Source: Narcine bancroftii
Lineage: Eukaryota
Direction: 5' to 3'
Assembly (NCBI RefSeq): GCF_036971445.1
Contig: NC_091479.1
Location: 85,188,001-85,252,000, forward strand
DNA length: 64,000 nucleotides
How positions within the stretch are numbered: position 1 is the first letter of the stretch; every line of letters starts with the position of its first letter. Below are positions 51,316 through 63,385 of the stretch, in pieces. Below the pieces are notes generated by a model that worked only from the letters and a program-made list of their open reading frames with translations, ran no database searches and was not told the origin of the DNA. Made by a program: the position numbers and the translations under genes.

Positions 51316-51524
51316 ATAACCATATAACCATTTACGGAGCGGAAACAGGCCATGTTGGCCTTTCGAGTCCGCACCGGTTCACTGATTTTGTGCATTGGTC
51401 CCGGTAGATCTTCATTCTGCGTACAAACTTGTTAAAGATCTTCGCAGAACAGATGCAAAGAAGGTGTTTCTCCAGACGGAAGTGTCTGGTACTGAAGGTA
51501 GACTCCCTTTAAGAATAAGGGTTG
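51316..51524 (-). mobile_element. CR1-like insertion with an apparent 5' inversion
   Basis: The 3' end and tail are on the minus strand (51316-51393), joined to a plus-strand ORF2-like piece (DLHSAYKLVKDLRRTDAKKVF...LRIR). Possible TSD AACAT. Confidence 0.55.
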
Positions 51525-51561
51525 AACATCTTAAGAAAGCAGCCTCTATCCTCAAGGACCC

Positions 51562-52216
51562 TGTGATGAAGGATACATTTAGAGGGTCACAGAAGCAACA
51601 AGTCTGAACACCATTCAATCACAGCAAAGATTTTTCTTTACCCGTAAGGGGAAGTCACCACAGGGATCATATACACAGAATCAGATACTCGCAGCGTATG
51701 CATCAACTACTAATCGCGGACAGTTAACTACAGTGAAAAGACAACAAACTGTACCTATCATCCCTTGATCTGGTGCAGGCACAGCGCTCCAATGAGTTAA
51801 GTACAGTATTTTCAGTGGATTGTCGCAAAATAGGCACATTCTGGGCATGTACCTCAATAAGCCCTCAACCCTTTACAGGCATACATCTTGAGCGTCGTCC
51901 ACGACTCACAACCTGGAGTTTGTTCCCAGGGGAAAAGAGAGCAAGCTGTTCCATGTGGTGGACTTTACACAGTAGCAGGCTGGAGGGGCTGGCTCATGAT
52001 TGCCCAAAATGGGGAAAGTGATTAAGGTCGTGAGTGGTGAGGTGTGTATACATTCAAAGGAGCTAATATCAAGGTGTGCACATACCTGTGGATGGGATAA
52101 CCTTGATTGAAACAGGGGAATGATTTTTGACCTCCCTGGGCAGGTAACCCTCCAGGAGTAAACACATAGATATTCCTTTGCTCAGAGCAGTTTTCTATCT
52201 GGCCTGTTGGATAGCA
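51562..52216. mobile_element. Solo LTR, 655 bp
   Basis: TG...CA termini with a perfect 5-bp TSD GACCC (51557-51561 / 52217-52221); it cleanly interrupts the LINE. Confidence 0.8.
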
Positions 52217-52434
52217 GACCCCCACCACATAGGTCATGCCCTCTTCACATTGGAAAGGAGGCACAGAAGCCTGAAGATGAACACCCAGTGAGAGTGAGAT
52301 AAAAACAGTTTCTTTCCCTCTACTATTAGATTTCTGAATGGACAACGAACCACAGATGCTACCTCACTTTCTCCTATCTTCTTGCAAATAAATTATTTGA
52401 AATATTATTTATTTATGCTAATATTTGTACTGTT

Positions 52435-52657
52435 CTTTTCTTTCTTTGGCTTGGCTTCGCGGTCGAAGATTTATGGAGGGGTAATGTCCACGTCAGCCGC
52501 AGGCTCATTTGTGGCTGACAAGTCTGATGCGGGACAGGCAGACACGGTTGCAGCGGTGGCAAGGGAAAATTGGTTGGTTGGGGGTTGGGTTTTTCCTCCT
52601 TTGTCTTTTGTCAGTGAGGTGGGCTCTGCGGTCTTCAAAGGAGGTTGCTGCCCGCTG
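52435..52657 (-). mobile_element. RTE LINE 3' fragment
   Basis: Reverse complement of the RTE 3' end. Confidence 0.9.
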
Positions 52658-52944
52658 TAATGTTATCATGTAATGTTGCTGCAAAACAACAAATTTTGTG
52701 ACATGTTCATGATAATAAATTCTGATTCTGAATTGAACAATTGGTCAAGTGGGTTGCTTGTGATACATAGTGCACTCCTGCAGTTTCACCATCTTGCTGT
52801 GTGCCTCTGTCCCAGGGACTGACTTCCTGGAGGCTCATTCTGAGCTTTGCAGACAAGGGATTCCTATAAATTGGCGAAGATGCTATGTTTTTTTAAGAAG
52901 ATTTTGAAGATATCCTTGTTTATCCCACAAGGTAGAATAATTTT

Positions 52945-53197
52945 AAATTTAAATTTTAGACATACAACAACAGGTCATTTCAGCCCACGAGCCCATGCCT
53001 GCCCAATTACACCCGATTGACCGACACACTCGTACATTTTTTTAATGGTGGGAGGTGACTGGAGCTCCCAGGGAAAACTCATGCAATCACAGGGAGAACT
53101 TACAATCTCCTTGTAGACATAGCGAGATTCGAATCCTGGTCCCGATCACTGGCTCTGTAAAGGCATTGCGCGAACCACTACGCCAACTGTGCCGCCT
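52945..53197 (-). mobile_element. tRNA-derived SINE (V-SINE/HE1-like)
   Basis: Minus strand GGCGGCACAGTTGGCGTAGTGG (A box) ... GGATTCGAATC (B box) ... (AAATTT)n tail. Confidence 0.75.
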
Positions 53198-54039
53198 TAA
53201 ATCATTGTAATTTAGTAGACTATGAGCCCACGACCAAGCTTGCGGTGTTAATCTATCACATGAACATCTTAATTTGCGCCGATGCCTTTGATGAGACGTG
53301 GTGCTGGAGACATTTACTAGGGTCTGATGGGGGTTTTTGATTGTCAGTGATGTGGGGCTTGTGTGTTTGCTCAGGTTGATGTGTGAGTTGTCTTCTGGTT
53401 GTTTAGATTAAGGTCTATTCTCCCATGTGATGGAAATCAATATTGACATAGAACTTGACCTCTGATTATGCATAGATGCAAGTATGCAATGAATCAGTGA
53501 CTGAGGTTAGGGTTGTCCTGGAAACAGCAAAGGTTGAACAGTTTTCCTTTCATCACATAGATAGGCATTCCTACTGGAAACTAGTTGAAGGTAACATGGA
53601 ATATTACAGTAAGGAAGATCAAGGTGACTTTCTTTACCCCAGTCTGCACCAAAATTGGGTTTATGTCCCCATTAGATAGGAACATGGCTCACTTGTTACC
53701 ATGCAACAGATATAAATTTGTAACAATTTCCAAGGACAACTGCAATGAGAAGCTTTCTTCATAATCCTTTGACAGAGCCAAAGCGTTTTGTTATGTTGAG
53801 AAAGGACATGTACAGTGACAGATGAGCTCTTGGGATTTTCACGTATCTGTGATTATGCCCATTATACCTCTTTTAATTCTTCCTGTAGGGGTTTATAATA
53901 AGGTTTTGCCAACTATATTTGACAGCTGCACACACAGTTTAGGCTGGTTTTTAACATGCTATCAGTGTTTAACTACAAGAGCGTGAGCACAGTTGTATCC
54001 AGTCTGAGTTTCCCTGTGGTAAATTAAAGGTGATTTGGA

Positions 54040-55035
54040 TGTAATGAGAATCAACTGGGACCCATTGATAAACTAACATCCAAGCTCTTTAGGTGGAAAT
54101 TTTAAAAGATACACCAGCCTAATGCAAAGAGGTGCTCCCAGAGAGCTATTCCTGCCTCAGTAGAGATACTGAGATCACTAACTGATTAACAGACAGAATT
54201 TCTCTGGGTCATCATAAAATTACAGATCTAACGATAAAATTACAAATCCAAGAGCTCCAGTATATGGAGCCCCTGTACTCAGACCTCTGTACAAGTATAA
54301 TCACGTTGGAGCAGTTGGAAACTCCAACTCATCAGAACAAAAGTGAAACTGCGATGGAAACGGGAACTTAAGTATCTTGTCTTTAGTCTTGGTGTAATGG
54401 AGGATTTAGACCAGCTTATGCAAGAATGTATATGCATATGAACCAGTAGACATAATCTAATTTACACCATGAGGCCCAGAGATGCAGTTGTCTTTTGTTG
54501 GTCGCAGACTGTCAGGAGACCTTGAAGATAAGTCAACCATTTATTCAAAGTGATAAGCTATGAGTAAACAATTTTTTGGGTAATATAAGCCATGGTACCA
54601 CTGCTGAAGTTTGAGAGTGTCCGAGGGGTGGAAACGTCTCTTGTCAAGAAGAAGAACTTCTAGGGTCCAACCAACGTCCCGGTTGGGGGGAGGTGGAGAA
54701 ACTGCTACCGGCGCCCCGGCAACCTACTACAAGTATGCGGTGTTGCCTCGCTTCGGCAGTTGGGACCAGTCCAGGCGTTGATAAGTATAATTGGGAAGGG
54801 CTTGGATATTGTAGTTTGAAATCAGCTTAAGATTTTGTAATAAAGATTTGTATAAACTTAAGTGCTCTCGGCGTGTGTCTCTGTTTTCTTTCGGTGGCTC
54901 AAACACTGTGACCAATCTAAAATGAACAAAGTGAGAGGTACAAGTTTACCCAGGTCACTTGGTTCCAACAATCTCGGCAAATTTCTGCTGAAGCGAGAAC
55001 CGGATTTCAGTTGCAGATTTTCAGGAATAGTTACA
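54040..55035 (+). mobile_element. Possible LTR / ERV-like segment
   Basis: CpG-retaining block with TATAA at about 54787, AATAAA at about 54839 and candidate TGTAA...GTTACA ends; no TSD found. Confidence 0.35.
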
Positions 55036-55084
55036 AGGCTAATATTGCAGTGACAGTGACCTGAAAGGAGTTTAAAAATATGTA

Positions 55085-55430
55085 ACAGTGCCTCCGTTGA
55101 TAGCACTCTTGCCTCTGAATCAGAAGATCGTAATTTCCACTTCAGTGATTTGCACAGAAGAATATGTGGTTACTGCAGTGCAACACTGAGTGTGTCAGAG
55201 GCCATATTGTTTTAGAAGAGACTTTATACTGAGCTCCTGTCTACTCTCAGGTGGACACAGTAGATCACAATTGGAGAAGAGCTGTGAAATTATTCTTTTA
55301 ATTGCTGGGTAATATAGAACCTTCAATCTGCAAAATAAAAGGAATGATGCGAACAATATTATATTTTGTTTATGGGAGCTTGTTTTTTTTATAATTTGGC
55401 TTTCAGGTTATGTAAATTACATAAATGATT
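55085..55430 (+). mobile_element. Old Deu-domain-like SINE (SacSINE1/AmnSINE-type)
   Basis: gatagcactcttgcctctgaatcagaag head, then tgtcagaggcc...ctctcaggtggac. Family assignment is from recall. Confidence 0.45.
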
Positions 55431-55569
55431 ATATGTTAAAGACTGTAAAATATACAATATAAGTAGAAATGTTTCTTTCTGATACTCCTTGCACAACTTC
55501 TTCCCTGAGCCATGATGGAAATTCAGCAACAATTCATCTACAGAGCATCCCTTTGGAAGGTTGCTGTTA

Positions 55570-57110
55570 AAAAACATAGAAAGGTACAGCACAGAAACAG
55601 GCCCTTAGACTCACGATCTTGATGCTAATTTTACTAACCCATTTATCTCCTTCCATTTCCTGCTTCTGCATATGCTTGTCTAAATGCCTCAGATATTGCT
55701 GTTCTATCTGCTTCCACCATTTCTCCTGGCAGCACATTTCAGGCACCTATCCCTCTCTGCAAAACAAATTGCATTGTAACTCTCCATTAAACATTCCCCT
55801 CTTAACTTAAATCCGTGACATTTGATATTTCCAACACTAGAAAAAGGACACTGACTATATATATGTCTCTCATTATTTAATAAACTTCTATCAGGTCTCC
55901 TCTCCATCGACAATACTTTAACGAAAACAATCCAAGTTTGTCCTGCCTCTCCTTGTAGCTAATACACTCCAACCCAGGCAGCATCCTGGTGAACCTCTCC
56001 CGCACCCCCCTTCCGAAGCTTCCACTACTTCCCTGTGAAACTAAAACTGTACGAAATACAGCAAAAGTGGCGTAACCAAAATTTAATTTCATTGAAACAT
56101 AACCTCCTGACTTTGATACTCAATTCACTGACCAGTGAAGGGAAGTGTGTCACCTCATTTACTTTGCAAGTGCTTGAAGGCATGAACTTCCAGATTATTT
56201 TCTGCTTTTCTCAGTCTTAAATGGATCACTCAATGGCAGGAAATAATGTCCTTGCACTGTTCTTAACTGTATTTTTCTCTACACTCTGCACACCATTGTT
56301 TCTTTATTTGTTTATTATTGGACTACCTGCTGAGTGAGTTGTCTGGATATCACACAAAGCATTTTACTTTATATTGTATCTGTGACGTGCTGTGGTAGCA
56401 GCAAGCAGACTCAAAACTCAGAAGACTGTATTACAGACTTTATTCTGCTAAAAGTCTGTACACACCAGTTTCAGCTGTGGTGGCTCCCGGAGTGACTGGC
56501 TCACGTCTATATTCAAGTCAGCCCCCTAAGGGTCTATTCAGGTCAGCTGATTGACAGCAAGTCAGATGGAGTCAGTCCTGAGGTGGTCTTCCATCAGGCA
56601 CAGAGATCGCCCCCTGCAGTAGGCTAGTGGTCATATCACCACAGTATCCTTGACAATAAAGCATTCAATTTAATTCTATTCAATACTGTGCTATGAACTT
56701 GCACTCCAAGATCCCTTTGTACATCAATAATCCACTTGCTGAGTACATTTCTCTAAGATTTAACCTTCCAAGGTGCAACTCTTCACACGAGTCTGGATTA
56801 AATTTCACCTGCTCTTTCTCTGTCCACATTTCCAACTGGTCCTTTTCCTGCTAAATGTTTTGAGAATCTTCCTCACAATCCACAACTCTTGTCAATTTTT
56901 GTGTCTTTTGAAAACTTACTAATCCGTCCACCAACAAATCATATAGACATCACAAACAATAGAGACCCCAACATTTCTGGTCACAGAACTCAACTCAGCA
57001 AAGCACCCTTCCACAATGACCCAAACCAATTGTGAATATAATTCACCACGTCTCCGTGGATCCTATCTGTCTTAATCTTCTGGACCAGCCTATCGTGACA
57101 GACTTGGAAG
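55570..57110 (-). mobile_element. CR1-like LINE 3' portion with nested insertions (about 56170-56690)
   Basis: ORF 55877..56092 (RFTRMLPGLECISYKERQDKLGLFSL...RGDLIEVY) and the inverted 3' end aacatagaaaggtacagcacagaaacaggccc. Confidence 0.85.
56381..56643 (-). mobile_element. Small solo LTR, 263 bp
   Basis: TGTG...CACA termini, perfect 5-bp TSD GTATC (56376-56380 / 56644-56648), minus-strand AATAAA near 56440. Confidence 0.85.
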
Positions 57111-58789
57111 TTTTGCTAACACTTTTATACTATTACTCCTGAAATGATTCAAAGATTTTCACTTCTGTTGATTTACCCACAGTCTATTCCTCATTTAGTC
57201 ATATTTTTGAACAGTGAAACATTTCTTTAATTCAGATTACTGTTGCAGTTTTATTTGAACTAATTTTCAGGATCTGCCTTAGAGGGAACACCAGTAATTC
57301 TGTTGTTTACCATACTATGGTTTCATTCTTTTCCTCCACTTTCATGACAATCCACCAAAATCTTGGTATAATACAAAGGAATGGAACGAAAGCTGCATGT
57401 TTTCCTTCTATTTTACCTCCGTCACAGCTGGGGATTGAACTTCCTTGAGTGCATTGCACAGGTAACAACTGTTTGCTTTTTCTGACATCCAGTGTTTAAA
57501 TAACTGCTTTCTGTTTTAACAACCAACATAGAACATGCTACTCAAGATGTGTTCTTCCCCAGAACAAATGTACAGGAGACTGGAGTCAAAGATCTGCATA
57601 TGATAGCTAGTTCTTTTTTTAAGAATTATAACCATGTAACCATTTACGGAGTGGAAATTCTTAGGAAGAATTCAGATCGCAAGTGAAAGCACCCTAGAAG
57701 ATCCAATAAAATTTGGAAAAGAGATGTCTGGACTTCTATAGAAGAAGCAGTATTTTTGAGGCGATTTTAACCATGTTGTTCTACTGAAAATGGTGCTGTA
57801 CAATAATTTGCAGATGCAGAGAGAAGACATGACGTAGTTACAAATAATTCAGAATTTAATTATCATCCCACCAATGGAAAATAATTACAACTAATTTTCA
57901 TTGATGAAAGTTACAGAGCTATTACTTTAATATAGCTGAATGTCTTCATTTGATTCCATTACGGAATATAATTTTAATATTTTAATAGTATGCCTAAAAT
58001 AAACTTAGAAAATAAATGAAACTGTATAACAGATGATGAATAATACTCAAAATGAAACAATTAGTTATTGCTAAGATTGTGTCAGAAACATATGGAAGTA
58101 ACGTTTTGCATTTTTAATACAATAAATATTTTTTTTCTGAATAGCTGAGGGGCTTTCCACTCTGTGAGGATTTTATTCTGATAATTATAGATATTAACCA
58201 ATTGAATTGCAGTTCAAGAGTGTGTATGCCTTCATTTCAGTTATAGTCACCTGTTCACACCGGGAGAGTTCTTTTGTAATGGTTTGCTAGAAAAGTCAAT
58301 AAAATGCAAGATATTATTTATCCAAGACACTTTACCAGGTAAATATACATCTAGATTCCAATTACACTTTCTATCATCAGCTGCTTTCAGACTTCTTCCA
58401 CCCTTTTTACTGCAGCATAAATTGGATATAATTATTTAAACAGGGAAATTTGCAGACACCAAGAGAGTCGTGCAATGCAGAAAAATGCTGAAGAAACTCA
58501 GGAGGTTTCATCTTTTCAGATTTTATTATCTGAGTACAGGGTATATATGATATTACATATAACTCTGGGATCATGCTCTGAAGAAAAAATACATTTGTTA
58601 ATAGTGTTACGTATGTTTTTTTTTCAGGATTATATATATGCAAATACTTTGTGTCTATTGTAGCTGCAGGCAGATCATAATGAGGCCAAATAATTCTTGA
58701 CTTTCAGCCCCCAAGTACAGTTTAAATTTGAACAGACCCATTTAAATGTGTAAACGGAGATTTTTAAACTGAAGTTAATGCCAAAGTTG

Positions 58790-59940
58790 TTTGGAAATTA
58801 ATTGCGGCAGCGTCATAGAGCAAAGATTCATATGTGCAACCTTATAACAATAAATTTTTAAAAAGTGCACTGAGAAGTAAGGCAGTGTCTTTGGTTCATT
58901 GATTATTCAGGAATCTGATGACAGCGGAGAAAAAGGTGTCCTTGTGCCGCTAGTGTTTGTCTTTAGGCTCCTGTACCTTTTCCCCATTGGTGGCAGAGTG
59001 ATGAGGGCATGGCCTAGGCAGTGGGAGTCTGAAGATGGAGGCTGCTTTTTTAAGACACTGCCTCATGTCGGTGTCTTCTATGGAGTGTTCTGGTGCCCGT
59101 GATGAGGCAGGCCAGTTAACAACCCTCTGGTGTTTATTTTTGTCCTGAGATTGGCACCTCCATACCAGATTGTGATGCAACCAGCCAGAATTCTCTCCAC
59201 GGTACACCTGTAGAAGTTTTCAAGAGTCTTTGGAATCTCCTCAAACGCCACACAAATTATAGCCGATGGTGAGACTTCTTTGCGATTGCATCGACATGGA
59301 AGCCCTAGAAGAGATCCTTGGAGATGTTGACACCCAGGAATTTGAAATTCTTGACCCTCTCCACTAATGAGCCCTCAATGAGGACTGAGTCATGTCCCCC
59401 TGATTTCCTCCTAAAGTCCCCAATCATCTCCTAAAAGGAAAGGTAAAGGTTTCTTTATTGTCATTTAATACTACATTTAGAAAGTAACATACATTAAATT
59501 CTGTGACTTTTGTCTACCGCAAGGCAGACAAAGATTCACTACTTTGTCCAACACCCCTCACAGAAACCTACAGCACCTAGGCAGTTTACCCTCTCAACTA
59601 CTGACCAGGCCTGAGCCAGACAATCTCAGGAATATTCAGGCTATTAGGCTTCTTCCTTGATTTTGTTAATGTTAAGCACAAGGTTGTTGATTCAACAGGC
59701 TGATCTATCTCCCTCCTGAACACTTCCTCATTGCCGTTTGTGATTCTGCCAATAACTTTGGTGTCATTGGCAAATTTGTAAATAGCATTGGAATCGAGCC
59801 TGGGCACACAGTCATGGGTGTATAGAGAGTAGAGTATCCTTGAGGTGCGCCTGTGCTGATAAGCAAGGAGGAGGAGATGTTGTTTTCAATTCGTACTGAC
59901 GGTGGTCTTCTGATGAGGAAGTCAAGGATCTAGTTGCAGA
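58790..59940 (-). mobile_element. Rex1/Babar-like LINE, interrupted at about 59435-59655
   Basis: ORFs 59598..59807 (AIYKFANDTKVIGRI) and 58950..59207; reverse complement of 17220-18060. Confidence 0.85.
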
Positions 59941-60340
59941 TATATTTAAGAAACTTTCTAATCCCCGTTCTGACACCTTGAGACTTCTGAGCATTAAGTA
60001 GGTACTTGGTGAAAGTACAATGGTCCAGCCTTGCAGCAGTTTTGAAGATGAAGCGTCTCTATTATGTGTAACAATCCCTCACCTTACCTTGGACTTAGAA
60101 CTGATAGCTTATCTAGAAATTGTGGGAGATAGTGATCAACCCTGGTGGGACTAGAATGAGTATGAAACAAAATACAGATTTTGGTGACCCTGAAAGCCTT
60201 TGGTCAATCTAGTCACATGTTCATGGACTTAAAAAAAATTAACAGCAGGGCATATCTGCTGATTTTGAGTTACTACAAATCAGACCTGTTACTCTAAAGT
60301 AGATTAATGTTGAAGGTTATTTTCATTGGCTTTTTCCTGC

Positions 60341-61498
60341 TGTTATGAACTAAACCAGTTGCATTGGAAATTCACCAAGGCAATAGTATCTTCACAACAG
60401 TAATTTTATTAATAACTATGCATAACATAATACTTCTTACTTAACTCTAACTTAACNNNNNNNNNNNNNNNNNNNNNNNNNNNNNNNNNNNNNNNNNNNN
60501 NNNNNNNNNNNNNNNNNNNNNNNNNNNNNNNNNNNNNNNNNNNNNNNNNNNNNNNNNNNNNNNNNNNNNNNNNNNNNNNNNNNNNNNNNNNNNNNNNNNN
60601 NNNNNNNNNNNNNNNNNAGTTCAGGCATAATTCTGAAGAGAAGATTTTAAAATTCAGTCAGTTTTCTTTTGAAACTCAGATTCTATAAATTGTTGTTCAC
60701 CAGCAATTATGGAGCAGGTGTGAGGCAGCATACTTCTCAAAACTCACAAATTTCTTGTAGAGTAGTTTTCAGAGAATTGTTTTGTCATCTGAATAATTTC
60801 CCATCTTTCGTGGAGGTTACAATACAATGATTTCACAAACTCAGGCAAGGGTCACATGAAGAGCCCATGCAGAAATGGACACAGCAAATCTGCCCTCACT
60901 CTCTCTTTCAAAAGCCATTTATTCTGTGTTCTCCTTTGACCAGAAGTAACACATAACAATACCTTGGTTACTGTATCTTCAATCCTGTGTGACTTACAGG
61001 ATGGCCAAGCATCTTCTTCTGGTTCCAAAATGTCTCTGTTTTCAGTAATATGTTCTCTCAAAATGTCTTTAATCGGGTGACATGAAGTTTATTTCAAAGT
61101 TGCTTAACATCAAAATACTAAAAGAATATGACTTTATTTCTTCCAAACATTTTATGAGCCAATCCCTCTGAGCTGTCTGCTGACCTCAAGCAAAATCCTG
61201 TTTTTTTATTTAAACAGATGAAATCTGAGTCTCCATTCTAACAACATAGGTAAACAAGCAAAGAGCCTTTTGTTTAATTAGATGTTCTCCTTGAGCAGAC
61301 CCATTGTCCTAGATATTACAATGAACAAACACTTCCAGTTTTATTGGGGTTGCTTACAGACTTTGTGATTCCGAAAATTGTTCATCTCTAAGTGTAATTG
61401 TGTGCCTGTGTGTGACTCTGTGTCCAAACACACATAACAACTTTACTAAAAATATATATTTTATAATTAAAGTGTAATATTAACACAATTCTGTCACA
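60341..61498 (-). mobile_element. Solo LTR spanning the assembly gap
   Basis: TGTTATGA...TGTCACA termini with a perfect 5-bp TSD CCTGC (60336-60340 / 61499-61503); homologous to 19837-21063. Confidence 0.85.
60457..60617. other. Assembly gap (161 N)
   Basis: Run of n. Confidence 1.
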
Positions 61499-61789
61499 CC
61501 TGCCAAGTTATTTTTATTGGTATTTTATAAATTTTTGCGTGATACACAAGAATTAGAAACAGGATTAGGCCATTCGGCCTGTTGAGCCTACTCGGCCACT
61601 GAATAACATTATAGCTGAATTGATCAGGGACTCGGCTCCATTTACCTGCTTGTTCTCCGTAACCCTAATTTCTCTATTATTCAAAAAAAATATTTATCTG
61701 TGTCTCAAATGCATCTGATGAGGCAGCCTCAACCTTCTTTCATCCTAATTTTTGGCTATGGCCCCTTGAGGACTCTGCTCATAGTTTAT

Positions 61790-61995
61790 TTTAAGGTTTT
61801 TAAATTTTATTTATAGCACAGTAGAAGCCGATTCCAGCTATTTAAACTTATGCCCTGTACATTCTGGTGGGAGGAAATCAGAGCACCCGGGGAAAACCCA
61901 TGTAGACACAGGGAGAACATTCAAACTCCTTACAGACAGCACTGGATTCGAACCCAGGTCGTGTAGTACTAACCCCTAATTAACTATGCTGCCCC
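61790..61995 (-). mobile_element. tRNA-derived SINE
   Basis: Similar to 52945-53197; B box GGTTCGAATCC on the minus strand. Confidence 0.7.
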
Positions 61996-63039
61996 TTTAT
62001 TGTCCCCCTTTCCCATGAAGCAGTCATTTTGGTTTCTCCCATACTTTTACCGACTACATTAAAAAACATAAAAAAATATTATTTTACCTGAGGCAGGATT
62101 GGCGTCAGAACAACTCTAATCGGACGGGGTGGGGGGGGGGTGAGAGCACTATCTAACGGGGGGGGGCATGGTTATGGTGCCCACCTGCCATTAACCTCCT
62201 CCATGTACTGCCTTCACACTTCCCCCTCCCTCCGTCATAACAGACAAACGCGCTGCTTATACCACGTGGAGACGTGACGCTAGTGCTAATGCTGCGGGTG
62301 GGGTGGGGGGGAAACAATAACTCATTTTGGGGAGGGGTCAATGTTCGTGGATGTCCCCCCTCCCCCCCTTGGGGCTGACTGTGACCCGAGGTGAAAAGAA
62401 AGGAAAGCTTTTCCTTAAATGTGCTGTGGCCCCAGTTGAGAATGGGGTGCTCTTCTGCTTCACAGATTTGTGACTCTCTGGAAGTAGTTCCTCCTTATTT
62501 GTCTTCAATCTACTCCTCCTGAAACATGAAGCTATATCCTCTTATTCTATTTTCACTCACCAGTGGAAATGGCCTCCATGGTTCTACCTTATCCAGTCCT
62601 GACATCGTATTATAGAAAATAAATAAGAGTTGGACATTGTTGTCCAAGTTTTTGTGGCCCACTTTCATCGAAAATATTCCTCCTGGAATCATCGGTCTTC
62701 ATTTGCTGATCTATGCCACTTTTAACCCCCTGGCAGAACTCCCCAGCTCATTGCAATTCTGTAGCCTGGAGTGTTGCCTGCTTTGTGAATGGAGTTGATG
62801 CGCTGCATGCTGAGAACAGCAAGAACTTGCAACATATCAATAGAGAACTCAATTCTGAAATGCTGATATGCATGGAATCACTCTGTGGTGCCTTACAATG
62901 ATCTGTAAACCAACAATTGATGTTTTCACTATACAATCTCCACAAACACAATATTAAGGGTATAAATAGAGTGGACTGCAGGAATCTTTTCCCTTCATCA
63001 GGTGACAAAAACTGGTGGTGGAAAATCTTGGTGATTAAC

Positions 63040-63385
63040 AAATTGTATTCCTCCTGGTGAGCCTTGAACCAAGGATTATTTTTGATATTTAGGGAACCCC
63101 TTTTTCTGATGGTGCCATTGTTTCCAGCTCATTACCTACTGCTGTTCTTATTCTTCTCTCTAATTTGCCCCCTTCTCCTCTATGGTCACCTGAGTTGCCT
63201 CTTCTCCCACCTTCCTCACAATACCCATCACCTTTTAGCCCCTCTCCAGCTTTTTTACCCTTCCATTTATGTAACATTACCTCTGTTTTACCTAAATATC
63301 GATAAAGAGTCCCTCCCGATCGTTGACAGACCATTTCTGCCCATGGATCCTGCCTGACCTATTGAGTACCTCCAGCTGCTCATCA
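63040..63385 (+). mobile_element. Degenerate Penelope-like 3' end
   Basis: Pyrimidine-rich tract followed by atggatcctgcctgacctattgagtacctccagc, as at 9440-9790. Confidence 0.55.

Larger units (their letters stand above)
51090..52732 (+). mobile_element. Rex1/Babar-like LINE 3' portion carrying three nested insertions
   Basis: Segments 51090-51315, 51525-51561, 52217-52430 and 52658-52732 are colinear with 17530-18095. Confidence 0.8.
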
